From positions 3,164-67,163 of the forward strand of contig JABIWH010000012.1 in assembly GCA_018701215.1 (NCBI GenBank): DNA of 64,000 nt, read 5' to 3'. Every line of letters begins with the position of its first letter. Position 1 is the first letter of the stretch. The notes beneath the pieces were generated by a model that saw only the letters and a program-made list of their open reading frames with translations, was not told the DNA's origin and ran no database searches. The position numbers were made by a program, and so were the translations under genes. Positions 46,658-55,732 of the stretch are shown here, piece by piece. This stretch comes from Rhodospirillaceae bacterium (GTDB taxonomy: Bacteria > Pseudomonadota > Alphaproteobacteria > GCA-2731375).

Positions 46658-47602
46658 GTGAGCCAACATAATAAACCTACATTGGGCATATTCTTCGTGG
46701 TCCTTGGCATGACCGCCATCACCATCAATGACATGTTGATCAAGCTGTTGTCCGGTGACTATCCCTTGCACCAAATCGTCTTCCTGCGTTCCGTCATCGG
46801 CATCGTCTTTAGCCTTGCCCTGGTGCAGTTGGAGGGCGGCTTCGGAATCCTGCGCACGGACAAGCCGTTGCTGCATCTGCTGCGCGGGCTGCTGATGGTA
46901 GTTGCCAACCTGTCATTCTTTGCCGCCCTGGCGGTGCTGCCCCTGGCCGATGCCACGGCGTTGTTCTTTGTCGCGCCCTTGTTTATCACGCTGCTATCGA
47001 TACCCATTCTGGGCGAGAAGGTCGGCATCCGGCGGATCAGCGCCGTACTGGTCGGGTTTGCCGGCGTCCTGGTCATGCAGCAGCCCTGGGCCTCCGAAGG
47101 CCTGGGCACGGGCGAAAGAATTGTCCTGCTGCTGCCCGTACTGGCCGCCTTTACCTATGCCCTGTGTCAGATCATGGCGCGGCGTCTTGGCGCGACGGCC
47201 AAGGCCTCGGCCATGGCGGTCTATATTCAGGGCACGTTCATTTTGGTCAGTCTCGGCTTTTGGGCCGTCGCGGGCGATGGCCGCTATGCGGTGGGCGTCG
47301 ACAACGCAAGTTTGCAGTTTCTGTTGCGGGCCTGGCGCTGGCCCAATGAAGGCGATGCTCTGCTGTTCCTGGCGTTGGGCGCATTGTCCGGGGTGATCGG
47401 CTATTCCATCTCGCAAGCCTACCGCCTGGCCCAGCCGGCAACGGTAGCACCGTTTGAATATATCGCCATGCCCTTGGCGGTGCTTTGGGGCTGGTTGCTA
47501 TGGGACTATCTGCCCAGCGCGCAAATCCTGGTTGGCATCACCTTGATCATGGGCGCCGGCCTTTATGTTTTCCTGCGCGAAAAGCAACGCGGACGGTCCT
47601 GA
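46658..47602 (+). CDS. DMT superfamily transporter (EamA-like)
   Basis: Two EamA repeats with ~10 TM helices. Confidence 0.8.
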   Translation: MSQHNKPTLGIFFVVLGMTAITINDMLIKLLSGDYPLHQIVFLRSVIGIVFSLALVQLEGGFGILRTDKPLLHLLRGLLMVVANLSFFAALAVLPLADATALFFVAPLFITLLSIPILGEKVGIRRISAVLVGFAGVLVMQQPWASEGLGTGERIVLLLPVLAAFTYALCQIMARRLGATAKASAMAVYIQGTFILVSLGFWAVAGDGRYAVGVDNASLQFLLRAWRWPNEGDALLFLALGALSGVIGYSISQAYRLAQPATVAPFEYIAMPLAVLWGWLLWDYLPSAQILVGITLIMGAGLYVFLREKQRGRS

Positions 47603-47746
47603 CGCCGGCGTTTGGCGAACGATCCATAAAAGACCGGGCAAGAAATCCGTTTCCTCGTCAGCGCAAATGCTATGATCGTATCCGGAGTGGCAAGTTATCG
47701 TCCTGAGTTTCAAGGGCCGCGCCATCGGATTGGTAAAGGGTATTCC

Positions 47747-48775
47747 ATGATCAAGACACGTGTAACCGAGTTGTTGGGCATCGAAACGCCCATTATTGAA
47801 GGCGGCATGGCCATTGCCGGAAATGGCGAACTGGCAGCCGCCGTGTCCAACGGCGGCGGCCTGGGCGTAGTGTCGTCGAACCCGGGCTGGAGCAAACAAA
47901 GCGAGCGGACCGAGAACGTGCGCCAGCATCTGCGCCGGGCCAAGGCGCTGACCGAAAAGCCGCTTTGCGCCAATATGTCCTTGCAGCTGATAGGGAAAAA
48001 TCCGGAACGGCATCTGGACATGCTGGTGGAGGAAGGCGTGAAGATTGTCGTCACCTCCGGCGGCAGCCCAGGCGTGCTGACCCAGACGGCCAAGGATTAC
48101 GGTCTGACCGTGATGCATGTGGTCGCCAATGTGCGTCAGGCGCGGCGCTCGGAAGATTCGGGTGTCGATATCGTCATTTGCGAAGGCTATGAAGCCGGCG
48201 GCATCGAGGGCGCGGACGAGGTCACCTCCATGGTCCTGATCCCCAGTGTCGTTGCGGCGGTCTCCATCCCCGTGGTCGGTGCCGGTGGCTTTGGCAGCGG
48301 CCGCGGCATGGTCGCCGCGCTGGCCCTGGGTGCCGAAGGCATTCAAATGGGCAGTGCTTTTCTAGCCACCACCGAATGCCATGTGCACCAGAACTTCAAA
48401 CAGGCGATCGTCGCCGCCGATGATACCGGCACGGTGATGATCCAGCGCATGATCGGCCGTCTGTCCAGGGTCATTAAGACCCCACGCGCATTGCAATTTC
48501 AGGACATGGACAAGCGCGGCGCGGCGGTGGAAATGCAGGAATTCATGGCTGCCACGCCGTCGGATGCCAATATGGATGGTGCGCCGACCATGGACGCGCA
48601 ATGGCATGGCCAGATGGGCGGCGATATGGAGAATGGCGAAGCCGCCGCCGGGCAATCCATCGCCTTTGTCCAGCAGATCAAGAGCGCCTCCGACGTCGTC
48701 CGCGATATCTCGGCGGAGGCCGAGGTCTTGCTTGCCGAGATAGAAAACGGCGCCCTGCGACGGGCGCGCGCATAA
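47747..48775 (+). CDS. nitronate monooxygenase / 2-nitropropane dioxygenase family (FMN TIM barrel)
   Basis: PIIEGGMAIAGNGELAAAVSNGGGLGVV plus the C-terminal IQMGSAFL motif. The start is trimmed to MIKTRV.... Confidence 0.85.
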   Translation: MIKTRVTELLGIETPIIEGGMAIAGNGELAAAVSNGGGLGVVSSNPGWSKQSERTENVRQHLRRAKALTEKPLCANMSLQLIGKNPERHLDMLVEEGVKIVVTSGGSPGVLTQTAKDYGLTVMHVVANVRQARRSEDSGVDIVICEGYEAGGIEGADEVTSMVLIPSVVAAVSIPVVGAGGFGSGRGMVAALALGAEGIQMGSAFLATTECHVHQNFKQAIVAADDTGTVMIQRMIGRLSRVIKTPRALQFQDMDKRGAAVEMQEFMAATPSDANMDGAPTMDAQWHGQMGGDMENGEAAAGQSIAFVQQIKSASDVVRDISAEAEVLLAEIENGALRRARA

Positions 48776-48805
48776 CCGGCTCTTGAAACAATAAGGAGAT
48801 CCGCC

Positions 48806-49969
48806 GTGGCTAATGCAATGCGGGACGTCGCCATTGTCGGCGTCGCAGAATCCGATTTGGGCGTGGTGCCCGATAAGAGCAAATTTCAGCTTTCCGCCGA
48901 AGCCAGCCGGGCGGCACTTGATGACGCCGGGCTGTCGGTCAAGGACGTGGACGGGCTGTTCACCACCATCATCACGGAAGGTGGTCAATTTTCCTCCATG
49001 ATGATGGCGGAATATATGGGCATCACGCCGCGCTATACCGATTCTACATCGCTTGGCGGCTCGTCCTTCGTGGTCTATGTGGAGCACGCGGCGATGGCCA
49101 TCGCGGCCGGCTTGTGCGACGTGGCGCTGATCTGCCATGGCAGCACGAACATTTCCGACCGCGGCGGCAAGGGCGGCCCGGTGTCGCAATCCACCGAAGT
49201 ATTCGGCCCGACCCAGTTCGAAGAGCCCTATGGCGTCTCCACCGTCGGCAGCTATGCCCTTGCCGCTCAGCGCCACATGCACGAATACGGCACGACCTCT
49301 GAGCAGCTGGCCGAAATCGCCGTGGCGACGCGGAAATGGGCCGCCATGAACCCCAAGGCCCGCATGCGCGATCCCATCAGCATCGACGATGTGATGAATT
49401 CGCGGGTCATCGCATCGCCGCTGCATCTACTCGATTGCTGCCTGGTGACGGACGCCGGCGGCGCGGTGGTGTTGACCTCGCTGGAACGCGCCCGCGATCT
49501 GAAAAAGGCCCCCGTGCGGGTACTGGGCGCGGGCGAGGCACATACCCACCGGATGATCAGCCAGATGCCGGATCTGACGCAGACCGCAGCGGCGATTTCG
49601 GGCAAGCTGGCCTTCGAACGGGCGGGGCTGACGCATTCGGACATTGATGTCGCGGAAATCTACGATTCCTTCACCATCACGGTTCTGCTGACCTTGGAAA
49701 GCCTGGGCTTTTGCGCCAAGGGCGAAGGCGGCGCCTTTGTCTCCAACCAACGTACCGCGCCGGGCGGTGAGTTTCCCATGAATACTCAGGGTGGCGCCCT
49801 CTCATACACCCATCCGGGCATGTTCGGCATCTTCACGGTCATCGAAGGCGTGCGCCAGGTGCGCGGCGAATGCGGGCCAAGGCAGGTTCCGGACGCGCGC
49901 GTGGCGCTATGCAACGGCACCGGGGGCGTCTTATCGTCCACCGGTACCATAATTTTAGGGCGGGATTAA
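48806..49969 (+). CDS. thiolase-like protein (SCP-x/Ltp type)
   Basis: 387 aa and paralogous to 14405..15556 (DDVMNSR.IA.PL.LLDC, NT.GG.LS). Confidence 0.85.
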   Translation: MANAMRDVAIVGVAESDLGVVPDKSKFQLSAEASRAALDDAGLSVKDVDGLFTTIITEGGQFSSMMMAEYMGITPRYTDSTSLGGSSFVVYVEHAAMAIAAGLCDVALICHGSTNISDRGGKGGPVSQSTEVFGPTQFEEPYGVSTVGSYALAAQRHMHEYGTTSEQLAEIAVATRKWAAMNPKARMRDPISIDDVMNSRVIASPLHLLDCCLVTDAGGAVVLTSLERARDLKKAPVRVLGAGEAHTHRMISQMPDLTQTAAAISGKLAFERAGLTHSDIDVAEIYDSFTITVLLTLESLGFCAKGEGGAFVSNQRTAPGGEFPMNTQGGALSYTHPGMFGIFTVIEGVRQVRGECGPRQVPDARVALCNGTGGVLSSTGTIILGRD

Positions 49970-49971
49970 TC

Positions 49972-50385
49972 ATGACACGACCATCAGCACTGCCCCCTCT
50001 TCCGCGACCTTATCAGGACACAGCCGCCTATTGGGAGGCCGCCCGCGAGCATCGCTTTATCATCCAGAAATGCAGGGACTGTGGGGAATATCAATTCTAT
50101 CCACGCGGCGTCTGCAGCCATTGCCTGGGCAGCGCATTGGACTGGGAGGAAGCCTCTGGCCGGGCGGAGGTTTATTCCTTTTCCGTCAATTACCGGGCGC
50201 CGCATCCGGGCTTCGCCGAGGCGACGCCCTTTGTGCTGGCCCTGGTCACGTTGGCGGAAGGTCCACGCATGATGACCAACATCGTCGATTGTGATCCGGA
50301 ATCGGTGCGCATCGGCATGGCGGTGACGGTAACCTTCGACGACGTCACGGAAGAAGTAACTTTGCCGAAATTCCGGCCAGCCTAA
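49972..50385 (+). CDS. Zn-ribbon/OB-fold protein (DUF35), thiolase partner subunit
   Basis: CxxC...CxxC ribbon (CRDCGEYQFYPRGVCSHC) plus an OB-fold. The start lies 2 nt after the thiolase stop. Confidence 0.8.
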   Translation: MTRPSALPPLPRPYQDTAAYWEAAREHRFIIQKCRDCGEYQFYPRGVCSHCLGSALDWEEASGRAEVYSFSVNYRAPHPGFAEATPFVLALVTLAEGPRMMTNIVDCDPESVRIGMAVTVTFDDVTEEVTLPKFRPA

Positions 50386-50393
50386 AGCATGGC

Positions 50394-51578
50394 CTACATG
50401 CCCAGAACCAGCTTTGCCATGATATTGCGTTGAATTTCATTGGAACCCCCCGCGATGGAACGGGCCCGGAAATCCAGATAGTGACCGACCACGGTTAATT
50501 CATCCGCCCGGCCAAGGAGTTCGATGTTGCTGTCCCATTCCCGCGCCGCCGGCTGATGTGGTGCGGCGTAGTTGCCGATGATCTCTACCGCGCATTCGCT
50601 GATTTCCTGCACAAGGGTACCGGCACGGGTTTTCAACATCGAGGATGCCGGGCCGATGCGCCCCGTCGCGCTCATTTCCGCGATGACCCGCTGTTCGGTG
50701 ATTTCCACGGCTTGAACGGCCGATGCCAGGCCGGCCAGACGCTGCGCGAAGGTGCCATTGATCATGCCCCGAGCCGCGGCCAATTGTCTTAGGTGCACCA
50801 TGGCGCCTTGCAGGCGGGCGCCCCAGGCGCGGCCGCCGCGTTCGAACTCCAGCAGATACTTCGCCACGGTCCAGCCTTCGTTTTCGGCACCGACACAATT
50901 TTTTTGCGGCACTCTTACATTATCCAGGAAGACCTGATTGACCTCGTGATTGCCGGCCATGGTAATGATCGGCTCCACCGTGATGCCCGGTGTGTCCATA
51001 TCGATCAGAACAAAGGAAATGCCGGCTTGTGGTTTACCGTCGCTCGAAGTGCGGACCAGACAGAACATGCGGCTGGCATATTGCGCATGGGTGGTCCAGA
51101 TTTTGGTACCGTTGATGATGTAATCGTCGCCGTCCTTGTCGGCCCGGCATTGCAACGAGGCCAGGTCCGAGCCCGAGCCCGGCTCCGAATATCCCTGACA
51201 CCAGCTATCCTCGGCCGCCAAGATGCGCGGCAGATAGTAGGCTTTTTGCGCCTCGTTGCCATGGCCCATGATCGCCGGGGCGACCATTTCCAGACCCATG
51301 GGCGCCAGCATCGGCGCATCCGCCAAATGGCATTCGGTGGCGAAAATATGGCGCTGCATGGGCGTCCAGCCCGTGCCGCCATATTCCACGGGCCAACTGG
51401 GCGCGGCCCAGCCCCTGGCATACAGAATCTTTTGCCAAGCCTGGCTGGCCTCGTGCGGGCTACAGATACCCATGGTGCGCTGTCCGGCCTGGCGCAGTTC
51501 CAACGTGAGGTTATCGCTGAGAAAATCCTGAACCTCTTCGCGAAAGGCCTGATCCTCCGTGCCTGTCTCGAGATGCAT
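50394..51578 (-). CDS. acyl-CoA dehydrogenase family protein (paralog 3 of 3)
   Basis: Same family as 44067 and 45336. The start is set at MHLETGTEDQAFREEV by alignment with the paralog N-termini. Confidence 0.85.
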   Translation of the reverse strand: MHLETGTEDQAFREEVQDFLSDNLTLELRQAGQRTMGICSPHEASQAWQKILYARGWAAPSWPVEYGGTGWTPMQRHIFATECHLADAPMLAPMGLEMVAPAIMGHGNEAQKAYYLPRILAAEDSWCQGYSEPGSGSDLASLQCRADKDGDDYIINGTKIWTTHAQYASRMFCLVRTSSDGKPQAGISFVLIDMDTPGITVEPIITMAGNHEVNQVFLDNVRVPQKNCVGAENEGWTVAKYLLEFERGGRAWGARLQGAMVHLRQLAAARGMINGTFAQRLAGLASAVQAVEITEQRVIAEMSATGRIGPASSMLKTRAGTLVQEISECAVEIIGNYAAPHQPAAREWDSNIELLGRADELTVVGHYLDFRARSIAGGSNEIQRNIMAKLVLGM

Positions 51579-51778
51579 TTTGCCAACTACTCCAATCAAC
51601 ATTTTTCTCAGTGTACGCGCCGTTCGACGTGGGGGTGGAGAAAAAAATGCCGCATTTTTCCCTATCCGGGCTTTGACTTAAGCGCCCAGAACGCGTGAAA
51701 TAGCGCAAACGCGCAATCGTAGACGTTGGCTTCGCACGGCCCAGAGAAATACCCTGCGCCAGGAAAGGAATTAATCTT

Positions 51779-53185
51779 ATGACGGATCGAGTGACGGATC
51801 GCGGCAATTCACCGGAAAGCCGGGACATCGCCCATGTTTTGCACCCCTATACCAACCTGGCGACCCATGAAATTACCGGTCCGCAAATCGTCACCAAGGG
51901 ACGCGGTGTCTATGTCACGGACGAAAGCGGCAAGGAATATATCGAAGGCCTCGCCGGCCTATGGTGCGCCTCGTTCGGTTTCGCCGAAGAAGAACTCGTC
52001 AAAGCGGCTACGGAGCAGCTCCGCACCCTGCCCTATTATCACAGCTTTGCGGGCAAGTCGGTGCATCCCGCCATTGACCTGGCGGAGCGGTTGAAGGAAA
52101 TCGCCCCCGTTGAATTTTCCAAGGTGTTCTTTGCCAACTCCGGCTCGGAAGCCAACGATTCCGCCGTCAAGATGGTTTGGTACTTCAACAACGCGCGGGG
52201 CACGCCGAAGAAGAAGAAATTCATCTCGCGCCTGCGCGGCTATCACGGCGTCACCGTAGCCTCGGGCAGCCTGACGGGTCTGCCCTATGCCCAGGCCGAT
52301 TTCGACCTGCCCCTGGATTTTGTCCGCCACACCATGACGCCGGATTATTATCGCGGTGCCGAGGCGGGCGAATCGGAGGAAGATTTCGCCTCCCGCTGTG
52401 CCCAGGCGCTGGAAGACATGATCCTAGAAGAGGGTCCCGAGACCGTGGCCGCCTTCATCGCTGAACCGGTGATGGGCGCCGGCGGCGTGATCGTGCCACC
52501 CAAGACATATTTCGAGAAAATCCAGGCGGTCCTGAAGAAATACGACGTGCTGATGATCGCGGACGAAGTGATCTGCGGCTTCGGCCGTACCGGCAATATG
52601 TGGGGTAGTCAGACCTTTGGTATCAAGCCTGACATTCTGACTTGCGCCAAGGCGCTGTCATCGGCCTATCTGCCGATCTCGGCCGTGATGATCAGCGAGG
52701 AGATTTTCCAGGGTCTGCGCGGCAATTCGGAAAAACTTGGCCTGTTCGGCCACGGCTATACATACTCTGCCCATCCCGCCTGTGCCGCCGTCGCCGTGCG
52801 GACCCAGGAATTGATGCAGGAGCGGGATATCATCGGCCATGTGAAGGCGGTATCGCCGCACTTCCAGAACCGGATCGCCACCCTGGGTGATCATGCCATG
52901 GTTGGCCAGGCCCGCGGCGTTGGCCTGATCGGCGCGGTGGAAATCGTCGCTGATAAGGCAAGCAAGCGTTCCTACGACCCCGCCGCCAAGGTCGGCGCGC
53001 TGATCCAGAACGCGGCCCAGGAACATGGCCTGATCACCCGCGCCATGCCCGGCGATATTCTGGGTTTCTGCCCGCCTCTGATCATTTCGCCAAGCGAAAT
53101 CGACGAGATGTTTGACCGCTTTACCAGGGCCCTGGACGAGACCGAAATGCAGTTGAAGCAGCAGGGCGCCAGCGCCGCGCAATAA
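51779..53185 (+). CDS. class III (omega) aminotransferase, aspartate aminotransferase family
   Basis: 468 aa with the PLP-lysine region (ADEVICGFGRTGNMWG...T.AKALSSAY) and the LHPYTNL N-terminus. Confidence 0.85.
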   Translation: MTDRVTDRGNSPESRDIAHVLHPYTNLATHEITGPQIVTKGRGVYVTDESGKEYIEGLAGLWCASFGFAEEELVKAATEQLRTLPYYHSFAGKSVHPAIDLAERLKEIAPVEFSKVFFANSGSEANDSAVKMVWYFNNARGTPKKKKFISRLRGYHGVTVASGSLTGLPYAQADFDLPLDFVRHTMTPDYYRGAEAGESEEDFASRCAQALEDMILEEGPETVAAFIAEPVMGAGGVIVPPKTYFEKIQAVLKKYDVLMIADEVICGFGRTGNMWGSQTFGIKPDILTCAKALSSAYLPISAVMISEEIFQGLRGNSEKLGLFGHGYTYSAHPACAAVAVRTQELMQERDIIGHVKAVSPHFQNRIATLGDHAMVGQARGVGLIGAVEIVADKASKRSYDPAAKVGALIQNAAQEHGLITRAMPGDILGFCPPLIISPSEIDEMFDRFTRALDETEMQLKQQGASAAQ

Positions 53186-53293
53186 CCCGGCGCCGTATTT
53201 CTGGACTAGGGCGCCCAACAGCGGGCTGTCCAATGAAAACCCGCCGCGTGATTGCTCGCGCGGCGGGGTTCAAGGAAGAGCTTCGAAACAGCG

Positions 53294-53551
53294 CTAGTTT
53301 TTCTTGGCAGCGCAAGGATTGCAGGGGCTGCAAGCCTTTTTCGCGGCACAGGGATTGCAGGCGCCACAACCTTTTTTCTTGGCGGCGCAGGGATTACAGG
53401 CACCGCAGCCTTTTTTCGCGGCACAGGGATTGCAGGATTTCGCCGCCGGCGCGCAAGACGCCAGGGCGCTTGGCAGGGTCGCGGTCGCGGTCATCGCCGC
53501 AATGGCGACGGAGCCGAGGACGATTTTTACTCTAGCGGTCGGGTTTGACAT
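53294..53551 (-). CDS. secreted cysteine-rich repeat mini-protein
   Basis: GGAGG RBS and a signal peptide ending ALA|S. The mature ~54 aa consist of four tandem C-x-x-C-N-P-C-A-A-K-K units. The repeats are also visible at the DNA level (53330-53440). Confidence 0.6.
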   Translation of the reverse strand: MSNPTARVKIVLGSVAIAAMTATATLPSALASCAPAAKSCNPCAAKKGCGACNPCAAKKKGCGACNPCAAKKACSPCNPCAAKKN

Positions 53552-53700
53552 TTTATTGGCCTCCAAATCAGATCTCTAAGGTCGGTTTTTTTTCATGACT
53601 ACGCAGGTGCAATTTGGCTGGTCCCTTGGGACAACGCCAATCACTTGCGATCACGAGACCTTGAGCGGAGGCCGCGGCTGCCAGAGCGGGTCGAAAATTG

Positions 53701-53797
53701 GAGCAATTTTTGATTAATCAGGGTCGCTTTCGCGACTTAAGCAATTAATTCAATTGCGCTCTCTTAAAAGTCTGAGCGCTTTCGCTTCCGATGCGCC
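53701..53797. repeat. conserved palindromic intergenic element, copy B
   Basis: Same ~95-nt family as 23058 and 54094. It lies between the 49-aa ORF and the Cys-rich gene. Confidence 0.7.
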
Positions 53798-53947
53798 CTA
53801 ACGGCCGACGCGGGCTTCCAGCATCTGGGCGGAAAGGCTGATGCCCTTGGCCACGGGGTGCTCGGTTGCGTACAGCGGGCACGTGGCCTGGTTGGTTTCC
53901 TGACCCAGCCGCGAAATCATCATGGCAATTTGCTTTACCAGTTTCAT
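53798..53947 (-). CDS. small ORF (49 aa), hypothetical; not in supplied ORF track
   Basis: ATG at 53947 with AGGA 9 nt upstream. It encodes MKLVKQIAMMISRLGQETNQATCPLYATEHPVAKGISLSAQMLEARVGR and is flanked by element copies C (5') and B (3'). Confidence 0.4.
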   Translation of the reverse strand: MKLVKQIAMMISRLGQETNQATCPLYATEHPVAKGISLSAQMLEARVGR

Positions 53948-54093
53948 GGTCTTGTCCTAGCGATCTAATTGGTGGTTTCGGCTGCGCGGCTGCCGCATCG
54001 CCTTTTGTCACGAGGGTGAGATAGGCCTGCTTGGGTGCCGGGACAATTGCAAAAATTAGAGGCTAGGCATGCGCTGCCCGCATGGCTTTATTT

Positions 54094-54180
54094 GAGCAAT
54101 TTTTGATTAATTCGGAGTCGCTTTCGCGACTTAGACTATTGATTCAATTGCTCTTTTCTTATGAGTTTGAGCATGCTTTA
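54094..54180. repeat. conserved palindromic intergenic element, copy C
   Basis: Same family as the other two copies. It lies between the SDR stop (54203) and the 49-aa ORF. Confidence 0.7.
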
Positions 54181-54202
54181 AAGAAACACTCTCTAAGAAA
54201 TT

Positions 54203-55012
54203 CTAAAGACCCATGCCGCCATCGGCATGGATGGTTTGGCCGGTGATATAGGCGGCATCGGGCGAGAGCAGGAATTCAATCAGGGCCGCGATTTCATCAG
54301 GCTGGCCCAGGCGCCCCAGGGGAATACGCTCGGCGGCCCGGCGCCAGCTTTCCGCATTCAAGGCGGCATGCGCGCCTGCCTGTTTCTGGACATAGCCGGG
54401 CGCAACACAGTTCACCGTCACGCCATGGGGTGCCAGGTCCACCGCCAGGGCGCGGGCCAGGGCTTCCAACCCCGCCTTGGCCGCGGCGCTTGCCGGCATC
54501 GACACGCCATCAAGTTGAAACCGATGCGCCACAAACGAAGATACCGCCACCACCCGGCCCACCTCGGCGGCCTGCAACAAAGGCATGGCGGCCCGGCAAA
54601 GGCGGTGAAAGCCGCCGGTTATGGCCGCCAGGCTGTGCGCCAGGGCATCATCTTCCAAACTTGCCAAGGGCGTTTTGTCGGCGAAACCGGCGTTGGCGAC
54701 CAAACCGTCCAAACGGCCTTCGCTTGCCACCGATGCAATCAGGTCCGCGGCAACGCCTGTATCGGCCAGATCACCTAACAATAAATGGCTCCGTCCGCCC
54801 TTGGCCTCGACCGCCCTGGCGACCTCTTCGGCACCCGTCCGGTTGGCACGGGTGTGGATGAACAACGTGATATCCGGTGCGGCCAGACGCCGGCATAAAG
54901 CCGCGCCAATCCCGCTGGCCGCGCCGGTCACCAGGATTGTACGGTTCCGATTTTCATTTTGTGGGTTCAATCTGGCAATCTCCCTGCGGCAAGTCGTTGC
55001 TAAATGCCGCAA
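54203..55012 (-). CDS. SDR family oxidoreductase
   Basis: TGAASGIGAAL Rossmann motif. The track start is a TTG, and an in-frame TTG at 54970 with an AGGGAG RBS is an alternative. Confidence 0.8.
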   Translation of the reverse strand: MRHLATTCRREIARLNPQNENRNRTILVTGAASGIGAALCRRLAAPDITLFIHTRANRTGAEEVARAVEAKGGRSHLLLGDLADTGVAADLIASVASEGRLDGLVANAGFADKTPLASLEDDALAHSLAAITGGFHRLCRAAMPLLQAAEVGRVVAVSSFVAHRFQLDGVSMPASAAAKAGLEALARALAVDLAPHGVTVNCVAPGYVQKQAGAHAALNAESWRRAAERIPLGRLGQPDEIAALIEFLLSPDAAYITGQTIHADGGMGL

Positions 55013-55125
55013 TCCGGTGGTGACAGCGGTAACACTCTTTTTACCGGAATTTTGCTACTTTAGCATTGCCGATGGTGCGCTGAAATACCATCTAGCTTTG
55101 CAGCAGTGAAAGTTGAAGACCTACT

Positions 55126-55608
55126 ATGCCGGAGCAAGACCAAGCCGCCCCGCGACAACGGGGCATGCCGCAAACCATGACCCGCGCCCAGATCTGGGGC
55201 CGGCGTGTAATGCTGGCGGTTCTGTCCCTGGTTCTTGCCATACCCGTGGTCAATATGCGCCGCCTGATGACCGAGGGGATACCGACAGGACTGCAGCATG
55301 GCAACATCAACTATGCCTACGTTATCGGCATGTTCTTTTCGGTGCTGCTGGTTCTGGTCTGGTATTTTGCCTACAAGGGGCGTGGCCAGGCGCGAATCAT
55401 GTTGGGCATCATATATTTGGTAACCACGTCTGTTACCGTGGTCGTGCCCCTGACATTGTTGTTCCTGGGCACAACCCTGCCGCCGTCCTGGCCTATCAGC
55501 ATCAGCCTGGCGGCGGTCTATGGCCTGGCGGGCTGGGTATTGTTGGTCTCCAGCAACATCAAGGCCTTTCAACTCTACCAGCGGCAAGCGAAAGCCACGT
55601 CGCGATAG
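55126..55608 (+). CDS. hypothetical membrane protein (4 predicted TM helices)
   Basis: 160-aa ORF with four hydrophobic segments. The start is uncertain. Confidence 0.5.
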   Translation: MPEQDQAAPRQRGMPQTMTRAQIWGRRVMLAVLSLVLAIPVVNMRRLMTEGIPTGLQHGNINYAYVIGMFFSVLLVLVWYFAYKGRGQARIMLGIIYLVTTSVTVVVPLTLLFLGTTLPPSWPISISLAAVYGLAGWVLLVSSNIKAFQLYQRQAKATSR

Positions 55609-55732
55609 GCGGCCACGCGGCAAACACATTGCACAACCAAGCAAGCGCCGCCCGCAGGGTCTGCTGGCGCTGGCGCTCGGGCCGCACTATCGTAGTGCTG
55701 ATTCTGTTGTGCACGTTTTGATCGCATAGACC

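Noticed and set aside
53745-54011. 88-aa track ORF on the minus strand spanning copy B of the repeat element
   Set aside because: It is out of frame with the better-supported 49-aa ORF (53798..53947), runs through the palindromic element, and lacks an RBS.
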